This document shows, piece by piece, positions 1 to 8,784 of a stretch of DNA of 64,000 nucleotides (within the stretch, counting starts at the first letter, position 1; every line of letters begins with the position of its first letter). Position numbers and translations under genes: made by a program. This DNA comes from Bacteroidota bacterium (lineage in GTDB: Bacteria; Bacteroidota; Rhodothermia; Rhodothermales; Rubricoccaceae). The stretch spans positions 3,288 through 67,287 of the forward strand of contig JBCCQJ010000001.1 in assembly GCA_039024395.1 (NCBI GenBank). The letters run 5' to 3'. Under the pieces are notes generated by a model that searched no databases, was not told where the DNA came from, and saw nothing but the letters and a program-made list of their open reading frames with translations.

Positions 1-1
1 G

Positions 2-325
2 TTCGACGCGGTCGACTCGTTCGCCGCGTTCGCCCAGTTCACGACGGCCGGGATTCGCGCACGGCCCCGCCTCGGAGGCCCCGTCTCGGCGGTCGTCTCG
101 GCCGGCGGCGGCGTCGGACTGGGGAGCCGCGACGGCCTGAGCGTCGGAGGCCTCCTGACCGTCGGCGGGGGCGTCGAGGTGGACGTCTCGCGGCCGAACA
201 CCTTCTTCGTGACCGGCCACGCCACGTTCGTCGGCCCGGCGCGGGCCCTCGACGGCGCCGCGCTCCCGTCTGACCCGCTCGACCTGTTCAGCGGCCTCCG
301 CCTCGGGATCCGGACCCGGCTCTAG
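2..325 (+). CDS. 3' end of a CDS cut by the window edge; Gly/Val-rich, possibly an outer-membrane beta-barrel protein
   Basis: The frame is open from nt 2 to TAG at 323-325. It is absent from the ORF track because there is no start in the window. Translation ends ...GGVEVDVSRPNTFFVTGHATFVGPARAL...GLRLGIRTRL. GC3-rich like the neighbouring genes. Confidence 0.35.
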   Translation, partial: FDAVDSFAAFAQFTTAGIRARPRLGGPVSAVVSAGGGVGLGSRDGLSVGGLLTVGGGVEVDVSRPNTFFVTGHATFVGPARALDGAALPSDPLDLFSGLRLGIRTRL

Positions 326-425
326 AGCCCCCTTCGGGTGGGTACGAGGTACCGGGTACTCGGTACGGCTCTCCCCTGTCGCTTCGCGTCCGTACCCCGT
401 ACCCGGTACCTACCGGAGATTTGCT
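326..425. repeat. ~100-bp hairpin element bounded by CTAG (MITE/REP-like)
   Basis: CTAG at 322-325 and 426-429. Internal near-perfect inverted repeat rich in GGTACC/GGTAC (341-368 vs 390-416, about 20 of 22 positions pair). Confidence 0.4.
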
Positions 426-429
426 CTAG

Positions 430-538
430 CGTGGTTTGCGCTGAGGTGCGGTGCACGCATCTCGCTGGAACTCATCACAGCGTTCGGGAAAAGGGCATGT
501 CTGACCCACTGGCGCACTGAACCACGGCCCCACTGACT
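430..538 (-). repeat. 108-109-bp repeat family, copy 1 of 3 (others at 31799-31906 and 52681-52788)
   Basis: By eye about 75-85% identical to the other two copies and in the same orientation. Bounded by CTAG (426-429 and 539-542). The right-hand CTAG contains the TAG stop of the minus-strand gene 539..1180. Confidence 0.6.
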
Positions 539-1180
539 CTAGTCGGCCACCTCGCCTGTCGCGGACTCAGCACCCCGCAAGAGGTCGTACGGGTTGACCG
601 GGGTGCCCCGCCCCGGACCGCGCTTGTCGAGGACTTGGAAGTGGAGGTGCGCGCCGCGCGCGTTCCCCGTGGCTCCGACCGTCCCGAGCACATCGCCACG
701 GCGGACCTGCGTCCCGATCTCGATGCCGTCGGCGTAGGTGTGGAGGTGGGCGTAGTAGTAGTCGTAGCGCCCGTCGGCGGACGTCAGGTAGAGCGTCCGC
801 CCCCCGAGGCGGTTCCAGTGCTTGCGGCTGATGAGGCCGTCGGTGACGGCCACGAGCGGCGTGCCCGTCGGCGCGGCGATGTCGATCGCGTGGTGCGTGC
901 GCCCGCCCGAGCGCGGGGCGAGAAACGAGTCGCGCAGTTGGCTCCCCTCGACCCCGACGACCGGGATCATCAGCCCCGAGGCGGACGCGGCCCGGCGCTC
1001 CGAGCGCGCCTCGGCGGGCGGCCGCGCTTCGGCACGTGGCGTCGGGGCGACGCGGCGCGGCGGGGTGCGCTCGGTCTCAGAGCGGGGGGCAGGGCCAGCG
1101 CCCCATCCGTTGGGCGGCCCCGAGGTGGTGCCGCACGCCGAGAAGGCAACCGCAGCAGCGACGAGGAGGAGAGCACGCAT
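539..1180 (-). CDS. M23/LytM family metallopeptidase, lipoprotein-like
   Basis: Motifs HHAIDIAAPTGTPL and GATGNARGAHLHFQV (HxxxD / HxH of M23). Signal MRALLLVAAAVAFSAC. Start moved from ORF-track 1270 to the ATG at 1180. Confidence 0.85.
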   Translation of the reverse strand: MRALLLVAAAVAFSACGTTSGPPNGWGAGPAPRSETERTPPRRVAPTPRAEARPPAEARSERRAASASGLMIPVVGVEGSQLRDSFLAPRSGGRTHHAIDIAAPTGTPLVAVTDGLISRKHWNRLGGRTLYLTSADGRYDYYYAHLHTYADGIEIGTQVRRGDVLGTVGATGNARGAHLHFQVLDKRGPGRGTPVNPYDLLRGAESATGEVAD

Positions 1181-1411
1181 CGATCTGGGGGGACGATCTG
1201 GCGTCAATATCGGACATGCGACGGCGGATGCTAAAAAATCCGCCTCGCCTTTGAGCCGCCTCGGGGCCACGCCGGGTCACACGCCGTCTGGGCGCGACAG
1301 GCCCGGGAGTTCATCCGCGCTTGAAAACATATATCATTCAACCCTATTTAATACCCTAGTCAAACGATTCAATACGGTTGGCGCCTGCTACAGTCATCTC
1401 TATCTCATCCC

Positions 1412-1789
1412 ATGAATCTCCTCTCTGCTTCTTCCATCCGAAACACCACCGTCACCAACACCCAGGGCGAGGACCTCGGCACAGTCCAGGACCTGATGAT
1501 CGACCCCCAGAGCGGCCGCGTCCAGTACGCCGTGCTCGACTTCGGCGGGTTCCTCGGGATCGGCGACAAGCTGTTCGCTGTGCCGCTTGAGGCCTTCGAC
1601 ATCGACCGCACAAACGAGCGGTTCTTCCTCGACGTCAACCGCGAGCGCCTCGAGTCGGCGCCCGGCTTCGACAAATCGAACTGGCCGAGCACGTCGGACC
1701 CCACGTTCATCGAGACCGTGTACGACTACTACGGCAAGCGTGACGTTTACATGCGCACGCGCGTGAACGAGCCTGTGCTCAGCAACTAA
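1412..1789 (+). CDS. PRC-barrel domain protein
   Basis: GEDLGTVQDLMIDPQSGRVQYAVLDFGGFLGIGDKLFAVP is typical of PRC-barrel proteins. Preceded by an AT-rich promoter-like region (1320-1400). Confidence 0.8.
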   Translation: MNLLSASSIRNTTVTNTQGEDLGTVQDLMIDPQSGRVQYAVLDFGGFLGIGDKLFAVPLEAFDIDRTNERFFLDVNRERLESAPGFDKSNWPSTSDPTFIETVYDYYGKRDVYMRTRVNEPVLSN

Positions 1790-1863
1790 GGCTGACGCAA
1801 CTCGCGCTCGGTAGCATGAGCGCACGATGGGCCGCCTGGGCACACCGCCCGGCGGCCCGTTGT

Positions 1864-2211
1864 CTATTCGCCCCCTGCACACCCGTCGGCCCCGAGGCGG
1901 CGCCACCACTCGGCATAGGGCGTGTTCTCCGGGACTTTGCGGTTGTGGTCTTCGTCGTCGCCCCACCACGTCGGGCCGCGCTCGCCGGGGGCGACCTTGG
2001 CGTTGTGGACCCGCGCGCGCGTCTCGCGCTCTGCCTCGGGGTTGTCGTTCCGCACGGCCGCGCCAACCGCGGGGCGGGCGTCCATCAGCTCACGGACGAC
2101 GCGGGCGCGTTCCGCCTCGGGGAGGGGCGGGTCGGAGCACCGCCAGAGGCGGCGGCCATGGACGAAATAGCGGCCGTCGGGCGTCGACGGCAAATGCTTG
2201 GGGCAGGACAC
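1864..2211 (-). CDS. conserved hypothetical protein
   Basis: 115-aa ORF (PDGRYFVHGRRLWRCSDPPLPEAERARVVRELMDAR...). I recall this pattern from a widespread uncharacterised family. Coding-like GC3. Confidence 0.6.
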   Translation of the reverse strand: MSCPKHLPSTPDGRYFVHGRRLWRCSDPPLPEAERARVVRELMDARPAVGAAVRNDNPEAERETRARVHNAKVAPGERGPTWWGDDEDHNRKVPENTPYAEWWRRLGADGCAGGE

Positions 2212-2248
2212 GGCCAGGCCGGGATGCGCCCGGCAGAGGGAGCCGTGG

Positions 2249-2491
2249 TTACGCCCGCGCTGCGCCCAGGATGCCCGTGACCTCGGTGAGCGAGGGGAAG
2301 TCCTCGATCGACTCGCCCGAGTTGAGCACGTCGAGGTAGAAGCGGGCGAACGCGAGGCGCTCCTCGGCCGTCGCCGACGTGTCTTCGAGGAGGTCGTCGA
2401 AGCGGCTCATCGCGTCGTCGTCCACCTTCCCGGTGATGTAGCCGGCGAGGAGGGCGGTGAAGGCGTTGGGGCGCTGGGTAGCGGTCGTCAT
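2249..2491 (-). CDS. hypothetical protein
   Basis: ORF 2249..2542 trimmed to the ATG at 2491 (MTTATQRPNAFTALLAGY...). No recognisable domain. Confidence 0.5.
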   Translation of the reverse strand: MTTATQRPNAFTALLAGYITGKVDDDAMSRFDDLLEDTSATAEERLAFARFYLDVLNSGESIEDFPSLTEVTGILGAARA

Positions 2492-2648
2492 GACGGGAGC
2501 GAGTGTGTGAGTTGGTTCACCGTTTCCCAACAGTCGTGCCAACCTGCCACGGGGCTGTTCCGGCCGCGCTCACGCCTCAGGACGGCACGTTTGAGAGAAC
2601 AGAGCGGAACGCGCGCGTTACCCTTCTTCTCCCTGACTGTCGCCTTCA

Positions 2649-3119
2649 ATGTCCACTTGCGCCTCCCTCCGCCGCCGCTTCCGTTACCACCAGTGGGCGA
2701 CGCAGACCCTCATCGAGGCGGCGGCACAGACGGACGCCTCGGAGGTGAGGCGTCCGCTCGGCCATGCCCTCATCGCCGACCGCGTGTGGCTCCTCCGTCT
2801 TCGCAGCGAGCCCACCGAGGGCACGGCCCTCTGGCCGGATCTGGAGATCGAGGGCTGCCGCGCCCTCGCACGCCGCAACGCCGACGGCTACGCCGCCGCC
2901 CTCGACACGCTCTCCGAGGCGGACCTCGACGCGACGGTCGCCTACCAGAACTCGTCGGGCCGGACGTACGCGACGGCGATCCGCGATGTCCTCGACCACG
3001 TCCTGCTCCACGCATCTCACCACCGCGGCCAGGTCAACGCAGCCCTTCGCGCTGCCGGCGCCGACCCGCCCTGGGTCGACTTCATCGCCTGGGTTCGCGC
3101 CGGTGAGCCGGGGGCGTAG
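2649..3119 (+). CDS. DinB family protein
   Basis: YHQW...L near the N-terminus and HxxHHRGQ (LHASHHRGQV) near the C-terminus, about 155 aa. Confidence 0.8.
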   Translation: MSTCASLRRRFRYHQWATQTLIEAAAQTDASEVRRPLGHALIADRVWLLRLRSEPTEGTALWPDLEIEGCRALARRNADGYAAALDTLSEADLDATVAYQNSSGRTYATAIRDVLDHVLLHASHHRGQVNAALRAAGADPPWVDFIAWVRAGEPGA

Positions 3120-3187
3120 CGAGCCGTCGCACCGGAGCCTGAGGTGCTCGCTCTGTCCTCCCAGGACGGGCTCCGTTCCCGAGGCGG

Positions 3188-3586
3188 TCAGCCCGTCCGC
3201 TCGGCGACGATGACGAAGCGGCGGGCGAACGCGGAGCCGAGGCCTTGCCATTCCATCCGGTCGCCGCGGAGGCGGACCGTCCAGCGGCTGTCGTCCTCGG
3301 GGCCGGCGTCGCTGTCGAGGCCCAGCTCACGCGTCGCGGGGTCGTAAATCCAGCGGCCGGTGTTGCGTCCGTAGGGCTGGCCGCCGCTCTCGAACGTGCC
3401 GTCTGGCTGCAGCGTGATGAAGCGGTCGCCGGCCGGGTTGTGCTGATCGCTCACATCGGTCCCATTGTCGAGAATCTGGGCCATCGTCCACGTCCCGACG
3501 AGATCGGCGCGCTCGGGCGGGCCGGGTGCGGTCGTGGCGCAGCCGGCGACGAGGAACAGGGCCAGAACGGCGCCGAGGCGGGGCAT
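3188..3586 (-). CDS. lipoprotein, lipocalin-like, function unknown
   Basis: Signal plus lipobox MPRLGAVLALFLVAGC. LVGTWTM... motif. Confidence 0.65.
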   Translation of the reverse strand: MPRLGAVLALFLVAGCATTAPGPPERADLVGTWTMAQILDNGTDVSDQHNPAGDRFITLQPDGTFESGGQPYGRNTGRWIYDPATRELGLDSDAGPEDDSRWTVRLRGDRMEWQGLGSAFARRFVIVAERTG

Positions 3587-3655
3587 GAGAACAGGCGCGG
3601 ACTGCCGTACCGATGCGCGAGACGCAGCCAGGGTCCCGCCCTCAGCCGATCCTCA

Positions 3656-3699
3656 CCGCCTCGGGGCCGGGGCGGCAGCCGGGCGAGGCCCCGAGGCGG
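3656..3699. repeat. CCGCCTCGGGGCC / GGCCCCGAGGCGG hairpin (13-bp perfect stem)
   Basis: Arms 3656-3668 and 3687-3699, 18-nt loop. Lies in the divergent intergenic region. Confidence 0.6.
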
Positions 3700-3914
3700 C
3701 AGTTCGCTCTCGTCGGTTCGCTGTGCGGCCACGCCCGTCCCTGTGCGCTCCCGCACAGTTCAGCGCAGCCTGCGAGGGCGCCAACGAGGAAATGGGCGGT
3801 GGCAAGATTCTTGGGATCTCCCCAGCTCACGGAGGTCCCACGCCGGGCGATCTCTCCTCACGCGCACCACGTCTGGGGGCGGCTGCAGCCCCGAGGCGGA
3901 CGGCCCCTTTCTCC

Positions 3915-6293
3915 ATGCTGCGCCTCTTTCTGCTGGTCGCTGCCCGCAATCTCCGTCGCAACCTCGGCTTCACCACGCTCAACGTCGTCGGGCTGGCCCT
4001 CGGGTTGGCGTGCGTGCTTCTGATCGGCCTGTACGTGATCGACGAGCTGCGCTTCGACCGCTTCCACCCCGACGCCGACCGCGTGGTGTGGGTGACCGCA
4101 GACATCGTCGAGGCGGGCGAGCGGGACCCCACCAGCTCGACGCAAGGCGTCCTCGCTCCCTCCATCGAGGCGGACATCTCCGATGTCGAGGCCGTCGTCC
4201 GTCTCAACCGCGCGGGGGCCATCTACACGCTCGATGGGCAGCCTTATCGGGTCGAGGACGTCCAGTTCGCAGACGGCAGCCTGTTCGACGTGTTCGGGGG
4301 CTTCCGCGCGACCGAGGGCGCCCTCGACCTGAGCCAGCCAGGCCAGATGATCCTGACGTCCTCGCTCGGCAGCCGCCTGTTCGGAGAGCAGAGTCCCGTC
4401 GGCAGGACCCTGGGCAGCGCCAACGGGCCCGTCACCGTCGTCGGCGTCATCGAAGACCTGCCCACCGCCTCGACGCTCCAGTTCTCGGCGCTGATCTCCA
4501 GCACCACGATGGACCCGCCGGCGTGGATGTACGACAACTGGTCGGGGTTCGCGTTCGACACCTACGCCAAGTTGCAGCCCGGCGTCAGCGTGGAGCGCTT
4601 CGAGGCTCAGATGGCCGCGATGGTCGACGCGCGAATCGGAGCTGAGATGGACGCGGAGGGTCGCCAGTTGGAGTTGGGCGCCGTCCCTCTTCTGGATGCG
4701 CGGCTCCGGTCCGGCCGTCCCGGCGGTCACGATGCGACCGCGCTCTGGATTCTCGGCGCGATCGGCCTGTTCGTACTGGCGTTGGCGTGCGTCAACTTCA
4801 CCAACCTCTCCACCGCGCGAAGCCTCGAGCGCGGCCACGAGGTGGGCGTGCGGAAGGCGCTCGGGGCCGGGCGAGCCAGTCTGGTCGCCCAGTTCCTGGC
4901 CGAGGCCGTGGTGTTGAGCCTGGTGGCTCTGGCCCTAGCCGTCGTGCTGGTTCAGACGCTCGCCCCATGGGCCGAGTCGATAACGGGCAAAGCACTTTCG
5001 CTGGCGACGCTCGGGTGGGGGTTGCCAGGAGCCGCGGCGCTGGCGGTTGCGACCGGTCTCCTCGCAGGAGCCTACCCGGCGCTCGCGTTGTCGCACGTTC
5101 AGCCCACCGAGGCCCTGCGTGGGCGGCTCGCCTCGGGGGCGCGCAGTGCGGCGCTGCGTTGTGGCCTCGTCATCTTCCAGTTCACCGTGACGGTCGTGCT
5201 CCTGACGGGGACCGCCACCGTGTTCGACCAGCTTCGGTACATGCAGGGGCGCGACCTTGGCTTCGGGCCTGAGGGCGAAGCCGAGCACCTGGTCACGCTC
5301 GACTTCGCGGGCGACGACGCCGTCGCCGAGCAGCTCGACGCGTTCAAGGCCTCGCTGGAAGCCGTGCCCGGTGTCGAAGGCGCGGCCTCGTCGATGAGCC
5401 GGCTGGCACGCGGTCAGTCCTCCGCGGCGGGCGAGATCGAAGGATCCGACGGGACGGCCCGGGAGATGTCGGTCAGCTTCATCATCACCGACGCGAAATT
5501 TGCCGACGTTCACGGCCTCGAGGTGGTGGCAGGGCGCCAGCCACGCATGGTCACCACGGACTCGTCGCTGGCGGAGTACCTCTTGAACGAGTCGGCGCTC
5601 CGCGAGGCCGGATACGCCTCCGCAGACGAGGTCATCGGAAAGCCCGCCGCATTCTGGGGCTTCGAGGGCACCGTTGTGGGTGTGGTTCGGGACTTCCACA
5701 CGATGGGGCTTCAGTCGGCCATCCAACCCCTCGCCATCTCTGCGCTCCCGCTGTACCAGACCACGCTCACGCTCCGCGTCCGCGCGGGGGACGCCGGCGC
5801 GACGCTCGACCGCGTCGAGGAGGTCTGGAGCGAGTTCGCCCCCGCACTTCCCTACGAACCGGTCTTCCTGGACGACGCGTTCGGGGAGTTGTACGGAGAG
5901 GAGCGGCAGGTCGGCCAGGTCGTAGGCCTCTTTTCCATTCTCGCCGTGGCCATTGCCTGCCTGGGCCTTTTCGGGCTGGCAGCCCACGCGGCCGTGCAGC
6001 GCCGACGGGAGATCGGCGTCCGCCGGGCACTCGGCGCCTCGGTGGCCCAGGTCGTCGGCCTGCTCACGCGCGACACGGTGGTGCTCGTGGGGGTCTCCAT
6101 CCTGATCGGGGTTCCGGTGGCTGTGTGGCTGATGGAGACGTGGCTGACCGAGTTCGCCTATCGCACCACCATCGGCCCGGGCCTCGTGCTCGGCGTCGCG
6201 CTCCTGGTGCTCGCCGTCTCGACGGCGACCGTCAGTTCGCAGGCGGTACGCGCCGCGACCGCCGACCCCGTCCGCTCGCTCCGCGCTGAATAG
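3915..6293 (+). CDS. duplicated FtsX/MacB-like ABC transporter permease (orphan, ~790 aa), paralog 1
   Basis: N-terminus MLRLFLLVAARNLRRNLGFTTLNVVGLALGLA. Two FtsX modules (EVGVRKALGA..., EIGVRRALGA...). C-terminus ...AATADPVRSLRAE. Start moved from 3465 to the ATG at 3915. Confidence 0.88.
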   Translation: MLRLFLLVAARNLRRNLGFTTLNVVGLALGLACVLLIGLYVIDELRFDRFHPDADRVVWVTADIVEAGERDPTSSTQGVLAPSIEADISDVEAVVRLNRAGAIYTLDGQPYRVEDVQFADGSLFDVFGGFRATEGALDLSQPGQMILTSSLGSRLFGEQSPVGRTLGSANGPVTVVGVIEDLPTASTLQFSALISSTTMDPPAWMYDNWSGFAFDTYAKLQPGVSVERFEAQMAAMVDARIGAEMDAEGRQLELGAVPLLDARLRSGRPGGHDATALWILGAIGLFVLALACVNFTNLSTARSLERGHEVGVRKALGAGRASLVAQFLAEAVVLSLVALALAVVLVQTLAPWAESITGKALSLATLGWGLPGAAALAVATGLLAGAYPALALSHVQPTEALRGRLASGARSAALRCGLVIFQFTVTVVLLTGTATVFDQLRYMQGRDLGFGPEGEAEHLVTLDFAGDDAVAEQLDAFKASLEAVPGVEGAASSMSRLARGQSSAAGEIEGSDGTAREMSVSFIITDAKFADVHGLEVVAGRQPRMVTTDSSLAEYLLNESALREAGYASADEVIGKPAAFWGFEGTVVGVVRDFHTMGLQSAIQPLAISALPLYQTTLTLRVRAGDAGATLDRVEEVWSEFAPALPYEPVFLDDAFGELYGEERQVGQVVGLFSILAVAIACLGLFGLAAHAAVQRRREIGVRRALGASVAQVVGLLTRDTVVLVGVSILIGVPVAVWLMETWLTEFAYRTTIGPGLVLGVALLVLAVSTATVSSQAVRAATADPVRSLRAE

Positions 6294-6355
6294 CCTCCCG
6301 GGCTTTCCATCCGACCCCGCCTCGGGGGTGCACGAGGCGGACGATCTCGATCCTC

Positions 6356-8749
6356 ATGCTGCTTTCCGACCTTCTCCTCGCGCTTCGCCAGTTCAAGAGC
6401 CAACCGGGCTATTCCGCCCTCTCCGTGGTCGGCCTCGCGACGGGGCTCGCCTGCTGCCTTCTGATCGCGCTCTTTGTTCTCGACGAGCTGTCGTTTGACA
6501 CGACGCATCCCGAGGCAGACCGGCTCTACCGGGTGGAGCAGGACTGGCAGAGGGGGACAGACGGCGACGTCCGGCGCACGGCCCTCATCCAGGCGCCCGT
6601 CGCGGACCAGCTCCTTCCCGAGGTTCCCGGAATCGAGGCGGTGGTCCGCGTGGCCAGTGCCAACAGCCCTGTGGTGACGTCAGGCGACCTGCGCTTCAAG
6701 GAGGACCGATTCCTCTACGCCGAGCCCGCCTTCTTCGACCTGTTCGACGTTGACCTGGTCGCCGGGGAGGCCGCAGGGCTGGCCCGTCCTCGAACGCTGG
6801 TCTTGGACGAACCGACGGCCGCCATCGTGTTCGGCGAGGCCGATCCCATCGGACGGGAGGTCGAGGTCCGAACCGATCCGCGAGCCCCCGCGGAGACCTT
6901 CGAGGTGGTGGGCGTGATGCGCGAGATGCCCCGCGCTCTTCACCTGCGAGGCGACATCGTGGCCTCTTTTGCCTCCACCCACCTCGCCGAGCCGAGCCCA
7001 ACGTGGTTTCAAACGGCGAGCACCTACGTCCGGCTGGTGGAGGACGCCGACCCGCAGGCGACCGCCACAAGCATCACCGAGGCGGTGGCCCGGCAGAGCG
7101 CCCGGGAAGAGCAGACCGCCTTCGAGGCAGCAGCCCATCTCGTCCCGGTAACGGACATTCATCTCCGGAGCAGAGCCACCAACGAGATCGAGCCCCAGGG
7201 GGACATCCGCTACGTGTGGCTGTTCTCGGCCATCGCGCTCGTGATCCTGCTCATCGCAGGGATCAACTACATGAACCTTGCCACGGCGCGTGGCGCGAGG
7301 CGGGCGCGTGAGGTCGGAGTGCGGAAGGCCATCGGGGCCGGGAAGGGACAGCTCATGCGGCAGTTCCTCAGCGAGTCGTTCGTGGTCACTGCGCTCGCGC
7401 TCGTGCTCGCACTCGCAATGGTGGCGCTGGCGCTTCCGTGGTTCGGGGCCTGGATGTCGCGGCCCCTCGCGCTTCCGCTCGGCGAGCTCTGGTTCTGGTC
7501 CGCCCTCGCGGGGGCGGTCGCAGTGCTCAGCGTTGGTGCGGGCAGCTATCCCGCGCTGGTGCTCTCGGCTGCCAGGCCGACGTCGTCGCTGAGCGGGACC
7601 ACGCAGGCAGCCTCGCGCACGCTCGTCCGCAAGGTGCTGGTCGTCGGTCAGTTCGCAGCGACGGTGGTTCTGATTGCCTGCACGCTGGGCATCATGCGGC
7701 AACTGAACTTCGTACAGAACGCGCGCCTCGGATTTGATCCAGAGCAGACTCTCGTCATCGAGGCGGGGTCTGCGCTTGCATCGAGCGGCGAGGCCTTCCG
7801 GCAGGCGGCCGAGCAGATTGCTGGCGTGGAGCAGGTCAGCCTCGCTTTTTCCGCCCCCGGCCTCCCCGCAGGGGTTCGGTTCTTCCCCGCCTCGGAGGTG
7901 GAGGGCCTGGAGGACACGGAGGGTGGGCCGGTGGTCTTCCAGTGGTTCAGGTCAGATGCGGCTTTCGTGGATGTCCTCGGCCTCGAGGTGGCCGCCGGGC
8001 GCTCGTTTGACCAGAACCGACCGTCAGACATCGGGCGCAGCGTGATCCTCAACGAGGCGGCCGTGCGCGAACTCGGGTGGGACGACCCCATCGGAAAGAC
8101 GATGGGCACCGGCGAGGGCCAGGTCGAGGTCATTGGGGTGGTGGAGGACTTTCACTTCGCGGACATGCGGACCGAGATCGGCCCGCTGCTGATCGAGTTC
8201 GACCCTTCGGCGAGCGACTATGCGATGGTGAAGCTTCGCACCGACGACCTGCCCAGGGCGCTGAGCGAGATCGAGTCGGTGTGGCGTGGCGTCGCTCCCA
8301 ACTACCTCTTCGACCCGTTCTTCCTCGATGACCACTTCGCGGCGATGTACCGCGCGGAGCGTCTGGTGGGCCAGATGTTTCTTGCGTTCTCGCTTCTGGC
8401 CGTCTTGGTGGCCTGCCTGGGCCTCTTTGGGCTCGCAATGCTGGCGGCGGAGCAGCGGACGAAGGAGATCGGCATCCGCAAGGTGCTCGGTGCCAGCGTG
8501 GCCTCTCTGGTGGGGCTGCTCTCGCGCGAGTCGGCGGCGCTGGTCAGCATCGCCTTCGTGATCGGCACCCCGCTGGCCTACCTCTTCCTGCACGACTGGC
8601 TGTCTGCCTTCGCGTACCGCGCCGACCCGTCCGCAGGTCTGTTCCTCGTATCCGGCGCTCTTACGCTCGCCATTGCCCTGGTAACCGTTGGCGCACAGGC
8701 CCTCCGCGCCGCGACCGCCGACCCTGTTCGCGCGCTTCGTGCTGAATAG
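6356..8749 (+). CDS. duplicated FtsX/MacB-like ABC transporter permease, paralog 2
   Basis: Same architecture as paralog 1: REVGVRKAIGA, KEIGIRKVLGA, C-terminal ATADPVRALRAE. Confidence 0.9.
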   Translation: MLLSDLLLALRQFKSQPGYSALSVVGLATGLACCLLIALFVLDELSFDTTHPEADRLYRVEQDWQRGTDGDVRRTALIQAPVADQLLPEVPGIEAVVRVASANSPVVTSGDLRFKEDRFLYAEPAFFDLFDVDLVAGEAAGLARPRTLVLDEPTAAIVFGEADPIGREVEVRTDPRAPAETFEVVGVMREMPRALHLRGDIVASFASTHLAEPSPTWFQTASTYVRLVEDADPQATATSITEAVARQSAREEQTAFEAAAHLVPVTDIHLRSRATNEIEPQGDIRYVWLFSAIALVILLIAGINYMNLATARGARRAREVGVRKAIGAGKGQLMRQFLSESFVVTALALVLALAMVALALPWFGAWMSRPLALPLGELWFWSALAGAVAVLSVGAGSYPALVLSAARPTSSLSGTTQAASRTLVRKVLVVGQFAATVVLIACTLGIMRQLNFVQNARLGFDPEQTLVIEAGSALASSGEAFRQAAEQIAGVEQVSLAFSAPGLPAGVRFFPASEVEGLEDTEGGPVVFQWFRSDAAFVDVLGLEVAAGRSFDQNRPSDIGRSVILNEAAVRELGWDDPIGKTMGTGEGQVEVIGVVEDFHFADMRTEIGPLLIEFDPSASDYAMVKLRTDDLPRALSEIESVWRGVAPNYLFDPFFLDDHFAAMYRAERLVGQMFLAFSLLAVLVACLGLFGLAMLAAEQRTKEIGIRKVLGASVASLVGLLSRESAALVSIAFVIGTPLAYLFLHDWLSAFAYRADPSAGLFLVSGALTLAIALVTVGAQALRAATADPVRALRAE

Positions 8750-8784
8750 TCAGAATCGGTGCCTTTGGTACTCCGACACATTCC

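Noticed and set aside
338-520. 60-aa ORF spanning the two repeat elements
   Set aside because: It lies entirely within MITE/repeat sequence. The equivalent frames in the other repeat copies are not conserved.
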